Origin: a virus
Lineage: Duplodnaviria > Heunggongvirae > Uroviricota > Caudoviricetes
Virus record (IMG/VR): IMGVR_UViG_2718217897_000003
Direction: 5' to 3' (one strand)
Length of the DNA: 16,591 bases
In this document: positions 1 to 7,837 of the stretch, piece after piece
Position numbering within the stretch: position 1 is the first letter of the stretch
How the letters are laid out: each line of letters opens with the position of its first letter
Position numbers and translations under genes: made by a program
The notes under the pieces: model-generated
The model's database searches: none
The model's input: the letters and a program-made list of their open reading frames with translations, nothing else
What the model was told of the DNA's origin: nothing

Positions 1-900
1 TTAACGCAACAGTGGACAATCTGGTGGTAATCGACAACGCAACGCTGCCGGAAGTATTTCAATATGAAAATTTTGCCCACTCAACGGTTCGCCATCAAGA
101 TTAAAGGTGATGTCGTGTGGTGCCTGAATATCAAACCACGACGAAGCGCCTTCGATAATATTCGGGTTATCTTCGTCAGATTTTAAGGTTGATACGAGAG
201 CCGGAAGTATTTCATCGCCGGTAAAAATGCGCAGTTGCAGCAAGCCATCGTTAATTAACGCGTTCGGACACAATTGCTGACCGCCACCGGCCTGACGCCC
301 GTTACCAATACCAATGACCAGGGCGTCACCTTGCCAGTGAAAGTTTTCACCGCGGATTTCACAACGGTCCGGTTGCAGAGTATCCATGCGCATTAAGCCA
401 TGAATGATGTAAGAGACGCCACCCAGCGCGGCTTTTAATTTTTCCGGCGTTTCTGTGGTAATACGCGTCCCAAATCCGCCTGTCGCCATATTAATAAAAC
501 AGGTTTGTTTGTTGACCTGCGCCATATCTATCGCAATGGCGTTACCGGCAATTGCCAGTTTCAGCGCCTTATCCAGTGCCTCAGGAATCCCTACACTGGT
601 GGCAAAATCATTGGCGGTTCCTAATGGCAAAATTCCCAGCGCGGGTATGTCATCCCCCTCACACTGAATCAACGCCGTAGAAACTTCATTAATGGTGCCA
701 TCACCACCACCGGCAATCACCGTTGCGACGCCCAACTTCCGGGCCTCCTCTACATATCGTGCGGCATCGCCTTTCTCCCAGGTGACCCGCACATGGATCG
801 TCATTCCTTCCTCACGCAACAGCATAATTGCTTCGCGCAAGGGTAAATTGTCAGTACTTTTGCCATTAAGAATCAGTAAGCTGGCGGGAAATTCTGCCAT
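1..900 (-). CDS. yegS: Lipid kinase YegS (DAG-kinase-like catalytic domain family), host gene
   Basis: The minus ORF 1..1068 contains a 299-aa protein starting [14 protein letters not shown] at the ATG whose complement is at 898-900, with TAA stop at 1-3. It carries the GGGDGT motif ([13 protein letters not shown]) of this kinase family, and I recognise it as E. coli YegS. The 56 codons upstream in the ORF track are in-frame read-through, not protein. Confidence 0.92.
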   Translation of the reverse strand: MAEFPASLLILNGKSTDNLPLREAIMLLREEGMTIHVRVTWEKGDAARYVEEARKLGVATVIAGGGDGTINEVSTALIQCEGDDIPALGILPLGTANDFATSVGIPEALDKALKLAIAGNAIAIDMAQVNKQTCFINMATGGFGTRITTETPEKLKAALGGVSYIIHGLMRMDTLQPDRCEIRGENFHWQGDALVIGIGNGRQAGGGQQLCPNALINDGLLQLRIFTGDEILPALVSTLKSDEDNPNIIEGASSWFDIQAPHDITFNLDGEPLSGQNFHIEILPAALRCRLPPDCPLLR

Positions 901-1304
901 GATCGTATGTGCCTTTATGATTGGTCTGTAGATAGTGTAGAGCAGAAAAGAAAAGGTGGAGTCAGAACAGGATGAAAGTCGGAGGATAAAAGTCAGTTCA
1001 AGTATGGAGGATTCAGTGGTTACCACCAGGAGCTTGCAATGGGGACAGCGAATACTAACGGCAGCCACCGATAAATTTCAAAAAAGAGAATATACCTAAT
1101 ATTCAACTAAACGGTGGCATCTTCAATATAATATATTAAAGCCCTCATGGAGTTACCCGGAAGGGCCTCCATGTCCGTAATTCCTACTTATGTAGGAAAT
1201 GTTGTACAGAACATTTATTATAATCCTATTCAATTATAATAATCATGCCATTATTATATTTAAACACTAGAGAGTGTCGTTGGTATTTAATGGGGGAAGG
1301 TGAG

Positions 1305-1622
1305 ATGAAAAAGATAGCTGCTATATCATTAATTAGTATTTTTATTATGTCTGGTTGTGCTGTGCATAATGATGAGACAAGTATCGGTAAATTTGGTCTT
1401 GCATATAAAAGTAATATTCAGCGTAAACTCGATAACCAATACTACACCGAAGCCGAAGCTTCTTTAGCCAGGGGTAGAATATCTGGTGCAGAAAATATAG
1501 TAAAAAATGATGCAACTCATTTCTGTGTTACTCAGGGCAAAAAAATGCAAATAGTTGAGCTGAAGACAGAAGGTGTAGGATTACATGGTGTCGCTCGTCT
1601 GACATTCAAATGTGGAGAGTGA
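1305..1622 (+). CDS. yegR: Small predicted lipoprotein YegR (105 aa), host gene divergent from yegS
   Basis: ATG at 1305 is preceded by GAAGGTGAG. The N-terminus MKKIAAISLISIFIMSGC looks like a signal peptide with a lipobox cysteine. I recall this as E. coli YegR. The ORF-track start at 1245 is an upstream in-frame extension. Confidence 0.8.
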   Translation: MKKIAAISLISIFIMSGCAVHNDETSIGKFGLAYKSNIQRKLDNQYYTEAEASLARGRISGAENIVKNDATHFCVTQGKKMQIVELKTEGVGLHGVARLTFKCGE

Positions 1623-1781
1623 GAATATTTTTTGGTAAGCGTCAAATATGCGCGTTCTGGCTGTGCGTAGCCGGAACCTGTGGGAGCACGATGCCGATAA
1701 GTGAAAGGCATCGTGCTATGAAGGAGGATTCTATCGATGTGGTCAATGGAAGACGGTTACCAGAGATAGGGCTTATGCATA

Positions 1782-1808
1782 AAAAAATAAGCCCGTGTAA
1801 GGGATATT
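1782..1808. other. Prophage attL core (P2-type att core; identical to the 3' terminator end of the cyaR sRNA gene)
   Basis: AAAAAATAAGCCCGTGTAAGGGA matches the P2 att core as I recall it and the reverse complement of the cyaR 3' end. Sequence to the right diverges from cyaR and leads into int, so this is the phage-derived duplicate, not a complete cyaR. Confidence 0.7.
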
Positions 1809-1887
1809 TAGGGTGTCACCAGTAGGGGCTTTCAACGGTACAATGCGGGTTTGAGCGGCATAAATTACCACTGAAAGCCCTTAAACG

Positions 1888-2901
1888 TTACTCTACTGTG
1901 GACACTGTGTGGACACTCTCGGCCTCAGTACCACCTCTTAGCGGATTAAGAGAAATGGCGTCCTGAAGGTACTCTGGCGCAAAATGAGCGTAAACCATAG
2001 TTTGCTCAATCCGCGTGTGACCTAGTATCCGTTGTAGCGTGATAATACTTCCTCCATTAATCATGAAATGAGTGGCAAAGCTGTGCCTTAGTGCATGTGT
2101 GGCTTGCCCCGTTGGCAAATCCGGTTTTATTGCTTTCATTGTTCGTCTGAAGCGAGGGTAATCAGCATCAGGGAATAAAAAACCTCGTTTGTTATCCGCG
2201 ATCATTTTGGCAACAGCCTCTGAGATCGGGACGGTGCGTGGTTTGTTTGTTTTCGTTTTAACAAACGTGACGCGGTTATGGATGATATTTTCTGCTTTCA
2301 AACGAGCTGCTTCTCCCCAACGTGCTCCTGTACTCAGGCAAAGAATCGCAATCTTTTTATTGTCGCCGTCAAGTGCTGCAAGCAGTAAGGCAATTTCTTC
2401 CTGTGTGAGATAGCCTGTTTCTGGTTTTTCCTCCTTAAGCCTCTTTGTCCCTCTGATAGGGTGCTCACCAAAGAATAACTCCGCTTCAATCAGGGCTGTA
2501 AACATGCCGCTAATACATGTTAAATCACGATTGATACTCGAAGGTTTAATACCCTGACTTCTTCGGGTGGCGCAGTACTGGCTGATAAGGGATTTCGTGA
2601 TTTGAAATGCGCATGGGTCATTCGTTATTTTTGTGAAGATTTCAATTTTTCCAAGATTAGATTTCCCATGCTCTTCGTGTTTACCCTTTAAATCCCACCA
2701 GATCTGTGTCAGTTCCGACAGACGTCGTTTGTCTGTTGGTTTTGATAGCCATTCTTTATTGTGGTGGTTGTACAACGTGTATTTTTCGAAAGCGACAGCT
2801 TCGCTTTTCTTATCAAACTTCCTACGGATGCGTTTTCCATTACGTCCAGTAGGGCGGATGTCCACTTCATATCGACCATCATCGAGTTTTTTGATTGCCA
2901 T
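1888..2901 (-). CDS. int: P2-type tyrosine integrase (337 aa)
   Basis: Protein MAIKKLDDGRYEVDIRPTGRNGKRIRRKF ... HALRHSFATHFMINGGSIITLQRILGHTRIEQTMVYAHF carries the R..H-x-x-R..Y tyrosine recombinase motifs. GGAGGG lies upstream of the ATG (complement at 2899-2901); stop complement at 1888-1890. It sits next to the att core. Confidence 0.95.
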   Translation of the reverse strand: MAIKKLDDGRYEVDIRPTGRNGKRIRRKFDKKSEAVAFEKYTLYNHHNKEWLSKPTDKRRLSELTQIWWDLKGKHEEHGKSNLGKIEIFTKITNDPCAFQITKSLISQYCATRRSQGIKPSSINRDLTCISGMFTALIEAELFFGEHPIRGTKRLKEEKPETGYLTQEEIALLLAALDGDNKKIAILCLSTGARWGEAARLKAENIIHNRVTFVKTKTNKPRTVPISEAVAKMIADNKRGFLFPDADYPRFRRTMKAIKPDLPTGQATHALRHSFATHFMINGGSIITLQRILGHTRIEQTMVYAHFAPEYLQDAISLNPLRGGTEAESVHTVSTVE

Positions 2902-3016
2902 CAGAAAACCCTCCGAGTGGTACTTTTTTTTGCTACTACTAATCGCTTTTTTCGTGGTGGCTGAAATTTAGCCACCAATAGTAGGCACTTGTGATGAATA
3001 TATTCACGATAAATTG

Positions 3017-3316
3017 TTAACCAGTCTTTTGACCGGAGTGGGGCGACGTTGTTTCGTTTTGCCCAAAGTGTGCGAGAGCGGGCGCAATTTGCCCGGCTTC
3101 TGGAGCTACCTGATCAGTCATGAACCACAAAGTATATTTAGTAAATCTAGGATGTTGTAAGACCTTCATTATGGCTTCAACTCCAGCGTTTTTTGACCGG
3201 CTCTCATAGCTCGAAAGTGAGCTGTAGGCTACACCAGTTAATTCACTGAATTCTTTACGGTTTAACCTTTCAGATTCACGGATTAGCTTCAACTTCTCCG
3301 AAACGTCTATTGACAT
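3017..3316 (-). CDS. C: Immunity repressor, P2 C-like (99 aa)
   Basis: Protein MSIDVSEKLKLIRESERLNRKEFSELTGVAYSSLSSYE ... FTKYTLWFMTDQVAPEAGQIAPALAHFGQNETTSPHSGQKTG. The C-terminal half resembles P2 repressor C as I recall it, and the N-terminal half is helix-turn-helix-like. It is divergent from cox, as in the P2 switch. The ORF-track start at 3388 is an upstream extension. Confidence 0.85.
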   Translation of the reverse strand: MSIDVSEKLKLIRESERLNRKEFSELTGVAYSSLSSYESRSKNAGVEAIMKVLQHPRFTKYTLWFMTDQVAPEAGQIAPALAHFGQNETTSPHSGQKTG

Positions 3317-3393
3317 AATTACTCCGATTGCGTAATTTCTTGCTGATAGTGTGAAATGTTGTGCTTCTGGAGTTATCCTTTTAGGCAATAATT

Positions 3394-3412
3394 AGCCATT
3401 AGGAGCCATTAG
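3394..3412. promoter_or_regulatory. Candidate repressor operator: tandem direct repeat AGCCATTAG x2 with 10-bp period in the C/cox divergent promoter region
   Basis: AGCCATTAG occurs at 3394-3402 and 3404-3412, between the divergent C and cox starts. P2-type repressors bind direct-repeat operators; the assignment is by position and repeat structure only. Confidence 0.4.
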
Positions 3413-3437
3413 AAGCACTAAGGGAGAATCGTAGCAG

Positions 3438-3713
3438 ATGAATAGACAGCTTGTAAGCGTGACTGATGCCGTGCCTTATCAGGAGTTTGCAAAACTCATT
3501 GGTAAAACTCCAAGAGCTGTAAGGGGCATGATTGAGAAAGGGAAATTACCAGTTATTGAGATTACTGACCCTCAGTCAGTATCGGGGCGTGCTGGTGAAT
3601 ATTGGGTATACCTTCCGGCATGGAATAACGGACTAAAACTGGCTTATGAAAGCCGTCCTAAAGAGATTCGTGACGGCTGGTTGATGTGGTTAGGTCTCGG
3701 TGAACCACGTTAA
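3438..3713 (+). CDS. cox: Cox (early-operon repressor/excisionase, 91 aa)
   Basis: Protein ... PYQEFAKLIGKTPRAVRGMIEKGKLPVIEITDPQSVSGRAGEYWVYLPAWNNGLKLAYESRPKEIRDGWLMWLGLGEPR closely matches P2 Cox as I recall it. First gene of the rightward early operon. Confidence 0.9.
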   Translation: MNRQLVSVTDAVPYQEFAKLIGKTPRAVRGMIEKGKLPVIEITDPQSVSGRAGEYWVYLPAWNNGLKLAYESRPKEIRDGWLMWLGLGEPR

Positions 3714-3723
3714 GGAGAACCGT

Positions 3724-3894
3724 ATGAATGAGCCTCGTTGTATTGCTCAGTTATTGCGTAACGAAAGCCCTAGGGCGATTGACTTCACCATCACCCACGG
3801 TAAGGGGCGTAAGGGAATCATTATCCGCACCAAAAAACAGAGTCCGTTAAAAAAGGCTCTGACCTTTCTGAAAAGCCGGAGGGTCTGGAAATGA
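3724..3894 (+). CDS. Small early protein, P2 orf78 position (56 aa)
   Basis: ATG at 3724 with GGAG 9 nt upstream; stop overlaps the B start (ATGA at 3891-3894). Called by position in the P2 early operon. Confidence 0.55.
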   Translation: MNEPRCIAQLLRNESPRAIDFTITHGKGRKGIIIRTKKQSPLKKALTFLKSRRVWK

Positions 3895-4391
3895 CAGTGA
3901 TGACGCTCAATCTCGTTGAAAAACAGCCAGCAGCTATGCGCCGGATAATTGGTAAGCATCTGGCCGTCCCTCGCTGGCAGGAGACATGCGATTATTATAA
4001 TCAGATGATGGAACGCGAACGGCTAACGGTTTGCTTCCATGCGCAGTTAAAACAGCGTCACGCAACGATGCGTTTTGAAGAAATGAACGACGTCGAACGT
4101 GAACGGCTGGTTTGTGCAATTGATGAATTGCGTGGGGCATTCTCAAAACGCCGTCAGGTTGGCGCAAGTGAGTATGCATATATTAGTTTTTTAACAGTCA
4201 GTCAGCGTCGTACTTTATTTATGCATGCCGGATTGACTGAAAAAGAATTCAACCAGCCATACTGGCGAATTAATGAAGAATCATGTTACTGGCGTGATGC
4301 TTTATTCCGTGCATTACGTGAATTATTCAGCCTGTTTGAGTATGCACCGACAATTCTGACGTCGGTAAAACCAGAGCAATATCTGCATTAA
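3891..4391 (+). CDS. B: Replication protein B (helicase-loader-like, 166 aa)
   Basis: 166-aa product MTVMTLNLVEKQPAAMRRIIGKHLAVPRWQETCDYYNQMMERERL..., matching P2 gpB in size, position and, as I recall it, sequence. Confidence 0.88.
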   Translation: MTVMTLNLVEKQPAAMRRIIGKHLAVPRWQETCDYYNQMMERERLTVCFHAQLKQRHATMRFEEMNDVERERLVCAIDELRGAFSKRRQVGASEYAYISFLTVSQRRTLFMHAGLTEKEFNQPYWRINEESCYWRDALFRALRELFSLFEYAPTILTSVKPEQYLH

Positions 4392-4454
4392 ATAATTAAC
4401 CAGAGTTTTTAATGCACTTAATCGTGCGGGGCTTCTTTTTGCCTGGAGAAAGTC

Positions 4455-4679
4455 ATGCATACAGTTTCTGAAAACAAGTGCGGTAAATACGCATTACTGC
4501 TGCAACAGGCCAGAGCCGAAGCACATGCCGACGCAGCGACACGCTTTTCTTCTCATCTTGACGCCATGATTCGCCATATCACAAAGGCGGAGTTATCCCG
4601 CGTGGAGATAGTCGAGCTGCTCAGTCAGGAGTCGGAAAAATTTCACAATATCGGATTGTCTCGCGGGGAGGTGCTTTGA
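4455..4679 (+). CDS. Hypothetical early protein, P2 orf80 position (74 aa)
   Basis: ATG at 4455; stop overlaps the next start (TGATG). Conserved position between B and A. Confidence 0.6.
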   Translation: MHTVSENKCGKYALLLQQARAEAHADAATRFSSHLDAMIRHITKAELSRVEIVELLSQESEKFHNIGLSRGEVL

Positions 4680-4978
4680 TGTCCTGTTCTCATTCAGTTG
4701 TATTACTGAATAACGCCTTAAAAATCGCCGTTATGAAAAATGGCGATTTGTCTCTTATTCAACTTTGCCTTGATAAAGAAAAACGCGACATAACTGAATC
4801 TGTTATCGCGATTTATCAGAATGAATTAAACCTCCTGTCTGATGTGGTCAATTTACTTGTTAAACGCGCTGTATTCCACAAGCAAATTTCCTCAGTGGAT
4901 GAACTGACAAAATTAACGACAGAACTTGCCAGTTATTGCGCTGATGTATCCAGGAAACTTAACGATAAAAGGAGCTGA
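4679..4978 (+). CDS. Hypothetical early protein, P2 orf81 position (99 aa)
   Basis: ATG at 4679 overlaps the upstream stop; the ORF-track start at 4676 is a TTG one codon earlier. AAAAGGAG near its 3' end serves the next gene. Confidence 0.6.
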   Translation: MSCSHSVVLLNNALKIAVMKNGDLSLIQLCLDKEKRDITESVIAIYQNELNLLSDVVNLLVKRAVFHKQISSVDELTKLTTELASYCADVSRKLNDKRS

Positions 4979-4980
4979 TA

Positions 4981-5205
4981 ATGCCGGACAACGTAGATTT
5001 TATTCAGGAACAACAGGCTGAATTACTGGAGCGCCAGATTAACGCGGCAAGGGTAAAACATTGCGGTGCTTCTGCGCTGGTTTGCGAAGAGTGTAACGCG
5101 CCAATACCTGCTGCCCGTCGTGCGGCTTACCCGTCAGCCACGCGTTGTGTTTCCTGTCAGTCAGTCTTTGAAGCAAAAAACAAACATTACCGGAGAACGG
5201 CATGA
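4981..5205 (+). CDS. DksA/TraR-type C4 zinc-finger protein, P2 orf82 position (74 aa)
   Basis: AAAGGAG precedes the ATG at 4981. Four cysteines in CxxC ... CxxC arrangement (HCGASALVCEECNAPIPAARRAAYPSATRCVSCQ). Confidence 0.75.
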   Translation: MPDNVDFIQEQQAELLERQINAARVKHCGASALVCEECNAPIPAARRAAYPSATRCVSCQSVFEAKNKHYRRTA

Positions 5206-5477
5206 GTATTCGTATTGAAATTGGCGAACGTTATGTCGTTACCAGTGACAGCTTTCAGTTTATTCTCCACGAGAAAAAGAGAGCGGAAAGCGGTAAAAAC
5301 GCCGGTCAGGAATGGCTGGCGGTGGTTGGTTATTACCCGAAATTAAGCCAGCTCGTTTCCGGCCTGATGCATCACGATATTCTTACCGGAAGCGCAAAGT
5401 CTTTTGCTGATTTAAACGCGCAGGTTGAGCAACTCAGCAAGCGTTGTTCAGAGGCTTTTGGCTCATATGGCCGTTAA
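5202..5477 (+). CDS. Hypothetical early protein, P2 orf83 position (91 aa)
   Basis: ATGA overlap with the orf82 stop; its 3' end overlaps the A start by 11 nt. Confidence 0.7.
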   Translation: MSIRIEIGERYVVTSDSFQFILHEKKRAESGKNAGQEWLAVVGYYPKLSQLVSGLMHHDILTGSAKSFADLNAQVEQLSKRCSEAFGSYGR

Positions 5478-7749
5478 AGCCTCCGGGCGTTTTGTCCCTC
5501 CGTCAGCATTTGCCGCAGGCACCGGTAAGACGTTTACCGGTGCTTATGCATGGAACGCGCCACGCGAGGCCGTCGGGCGCGAAAGACCCCTTACACGTGA
5601 CGAGATGCGTCAGGTGCAAGGTGTTTTATCCACGATTAACCGCCTGCCTTACTTTTTGCGCTCGCTGTTTACTTCACACTATGACTACATCCGGCGCAAT
5701 AAAAGCCCGGTGCACGGGTTTTATTTCCTCACATCCACTTTTCAGCGTCGTTTATGGCCGCGCATTGAGCGTGTGAATCAGCGCCATGAAATGAACACCG
5801 ACGCGTCGTTGCTGTTTCTGGCAGAGCGTGACCACTATGCGCGCCTGCCGGGAATGAATGACAAGGAGCTGAAAAAGTTTGCCGCCCGTATCTCATCGCA
5901 GCTTTTCATGATGTATGAGGAACTCAGCGATGCCTGGGTGGATGCACATGGCGAAAAAGAATCGCTGTTTACGGATGAGGCGCAGGCTCACCTCTATGGT
6001 CATGTTGCTGGCGCTGCACGTGCTTTCAATATTTCCCCGCTTTACTGGAAAAAATACCGTAAAGGACAGATGACCACGAGGCAGGCATATTCTGCCATTG
6101 CCCGTCTGTTTAACGATGAGTGGTGGACTCATCAGCTCAAAGGCCAGCGTATGCGCTGGCATGAGGCGTTACTGATTGCTGTCGGGGAGGTCAATAAAGA
6201 CCGTTCTCCTTATGCCAGTAAACATGCCATTCGTGATGTGCGTGCACGCCGCCAGGCAAATCTGGAATTTCTTAAATCGTGTGATCTCGAAAACAGGGAA
6301 ACCGGCGAGCGCATCGACCTTATCAGTAAGGTGATGGGCAGTATTTCTAATCCTGAAATTCGCCGGATGGAGCTGATGAACACCATTGCCGGTATTGAGC
6401 GTTACGCCGCAGCAGAGGGTGATGTGGGGATGTTTATCACGCTGACCGCGCCGTCAAAGTATCACCCGACACGTCAGGTTGGAAAAGGCGAAAGTAAAAC
6501 CGTCCAGCTAAATCACGGCTGGAACGATGAGGCATTTAATCCAAAGGATGCGCAGCGTTATCTCTGCCGTATCTGGAGCCTGATGCGCACGGCATTCAAG
6601 GATAATGATTTACAGGTCTACGGTTTGCGTGTCGTCGAGCCACATCACGACGGAACGCCGCACTGGCATATGATGCTTTTTTGTAATCCGCGCCAGCGTA
6701 ACCAGATTATCGAAATCATGCGTCGCTATGCGCTCAAAGAGGATGGCGACGAAAGAGGAGCCGCGCGAAACCGTTTTCAGGCAAAACACCTTAATCGGGG
6801 CGGTGCTGCGGGGTATATCGCGAAATACATCTCAAAAAACATCGACGGCTATGCACTGGATGGTCAGCTCGATAACGATACCGGCAGACCTCTGAAAGAT
6901 ACTGCCGCGGCTGTTACTGCATGGGCGTCAACGTGGCGCATCCCGCAATTTAAAACGGTTGGTCTGCCGACAATGGGGGCTTACCGTGAACTACGCAAAT
7001 TGCCTCGCGGCGTCAGCATTGCTGATGAGTTTGACGAACGCGTCGAGGCTGCACGCGCTGCCGCAGACAGTGGCGATTTTGCGTTGTATATCAGTGCGCA
7101 GGGTGGGGCAAATGTTCCGCGCGATTGCCAGACTGTCAGAGTCGCCCGTAGCCCGTCGGATGAAGTTAACGAGTACGAGGAAGAAGTCGAGAGAGTGGTC
7201 GGCATTTACGCGCCGCATCTCGGCGCGCGTCATATTCATATCACCAGAACGACGGACTGGCGCATTGTGCCGAAAGTTCCGGTCGTGGAGCCTTTGACTT
7301 TAAAAAGCGGCATCGCCGCGCCTCGGAGTCCTGTCAATAACTGTGGAAAGCTCACCGGTGGTGATACTTCGTTATCGGCTCCCACACCGACTGAGCATGC
7401 TGCAGCGGTGTTAAATTTTATAGATGAAGGGATTCTAAGTTGGACCGAGCCAGGCATTATGAAGGTACTTAGAGACTTATTGAGTAATGAACTGAAATGC
7501 AGTAATCGTTCACAGCAGAGCTTTACTCCTTTCAATGGTCGAAGCTACTTTCCTGCCCCATCCGCCCGGTTGACAAGGCAGGAGAGAAAGACTATCCCGA
7601 AAATTAAGGTTCTTCTTGCACAAAGTGACATTCAGGCTAGTTATTGGGAGCTTGAAGCTCTCGCTCGCGGAGCTGTTTTGGATTTTGGGCATAAGCGTTT
7701 TAAATTTGATACCGATATCGACTTTTTTGACAGACAGCGTGAGTGGTAG
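5467..7749 (+). CDS. A: Replication initiation protein A (rolling-circle initiator, 760 aa)
   Basis: Protein starts MAVKASGRFVPPSAFAAGTGKTFTGAYAWNAPREAVGRERPLTRDEMRQ at the ATG at 5467 and carries an HxH-like motif (TPHWHMMLF) and a tyrosine-rich GYIAKYISKN region typical of gpA-family initiators. The ORF-track start at 5425 is an extension. The last 110 codons or so are AT-richer than the rest. Confidence 0.92.
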   Translation: MAVKASGRFVPPSAFAAGTGKTFTGAYAWNAPREAVGRERPLTRDEMRQVQGVLSTINRLPYFLRSLFTSHYDYIRRNKSPVHGFYFLTSTFQRRLWPRIERVNQRHEMNTDASLLFLAERDHYARLPGMNDKELKKFAARISSQLFMMYEELSDAWVDAHGEKESLFTDEAQAHLYGHVAGAARAFNISPLYWKKYRKGQMTTRQAYSAIARLFNDEWWTHQLKGQRMRWHEALLIAVGEVNKDRSPYASKHAIRDVRARRQANLEFLKSCDLENRETGERIDLISKVMGSISNPEIRRMELMNTIAGIERYAAAEGDVGMFITLTAPSKYHPTRQVGKGESKTVQLNHGWNDEAFNPKDAQRYLCRIWSLMRTAFKDNDLQVYGLRVVEPHHDGTPHWHMMLFCNPRQRNQIIEIMRRYALKEDGDERGAARNRFQAKHLNRGGAAGYIAKYISKNIDGYALDGQLDNDTGRPLKDTAAAVTAWASTWRIPQFKTVGLPTMGAYRELRKLPRGVSIADEFDERVEAARAAADSGDFALYISAQGGANVPRDCQTVRVARSPSDEVNEYEEEVERVVGIYAPHLGARHIHITRTTDWRIVPKVPVVEPLTLKSGIAAPRSPVNNCGKLTGGDTSLSAPTPTEHAAAVLNFIDEGILSWTEPGIMKVLRDLLSNELKCSNRSQQSFTPFNGRSYFPAPSARLTRQERKTIPKIKVLLAQSDIQASYWELEALARGAVLDFGHKRFKFDTDIDFFDRQREW

Positions 7750-7784
7750 TTGAAAAAACGGTTGAACGGGGTAACAATATGTTA

Positions 7785-7814
7785 TTGTTGAGGAATTGTT
7801 TGTTATGGTTTAAT
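7785..7814 (+). promoter_or_regulatory. Candidate sigma70-like promoter for the cargo operon (-35 TTGTTG 7785-7790, -10 TTTAAT 7809-7814), overlapping a palindrome
   Basis: Hexamers with 18-bp spacing about 25 bp upstream of the 7838 ATG; palindrome AACAATA-tgt-TATTGTT at 7773-7789. Pattern match only. Confidence 0.3.
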
Positions 7815-7837
7815 TTTTATACACGGCAGAAAAGCAT

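Noticed and set aside
455-931. Plus-strand ORFs (70 and 79 aa) inside yegS
   Set aside because: Antisense to a well-supported host gene; no RBS; products are low-complexity.
1610-1825. 71-aa plus-strand ORF spanning the yegR 3' region, the hairpin and the att core
   Set aside because: It crosses the host/phage junction, has no RBS, and is an artefact of the open frame.
2189-2971. Plus-strand ORFs of 67-112 aa overlapping int
   Set aside because: Antisense to the integrase and low-complexity; no independent support.
5444-5776. 110-aa ORF in an alternate frame at the start of A
   Set aside because: Same strand, different frame from a long, recognisable gene; Arg/Cys-rich junk translation.
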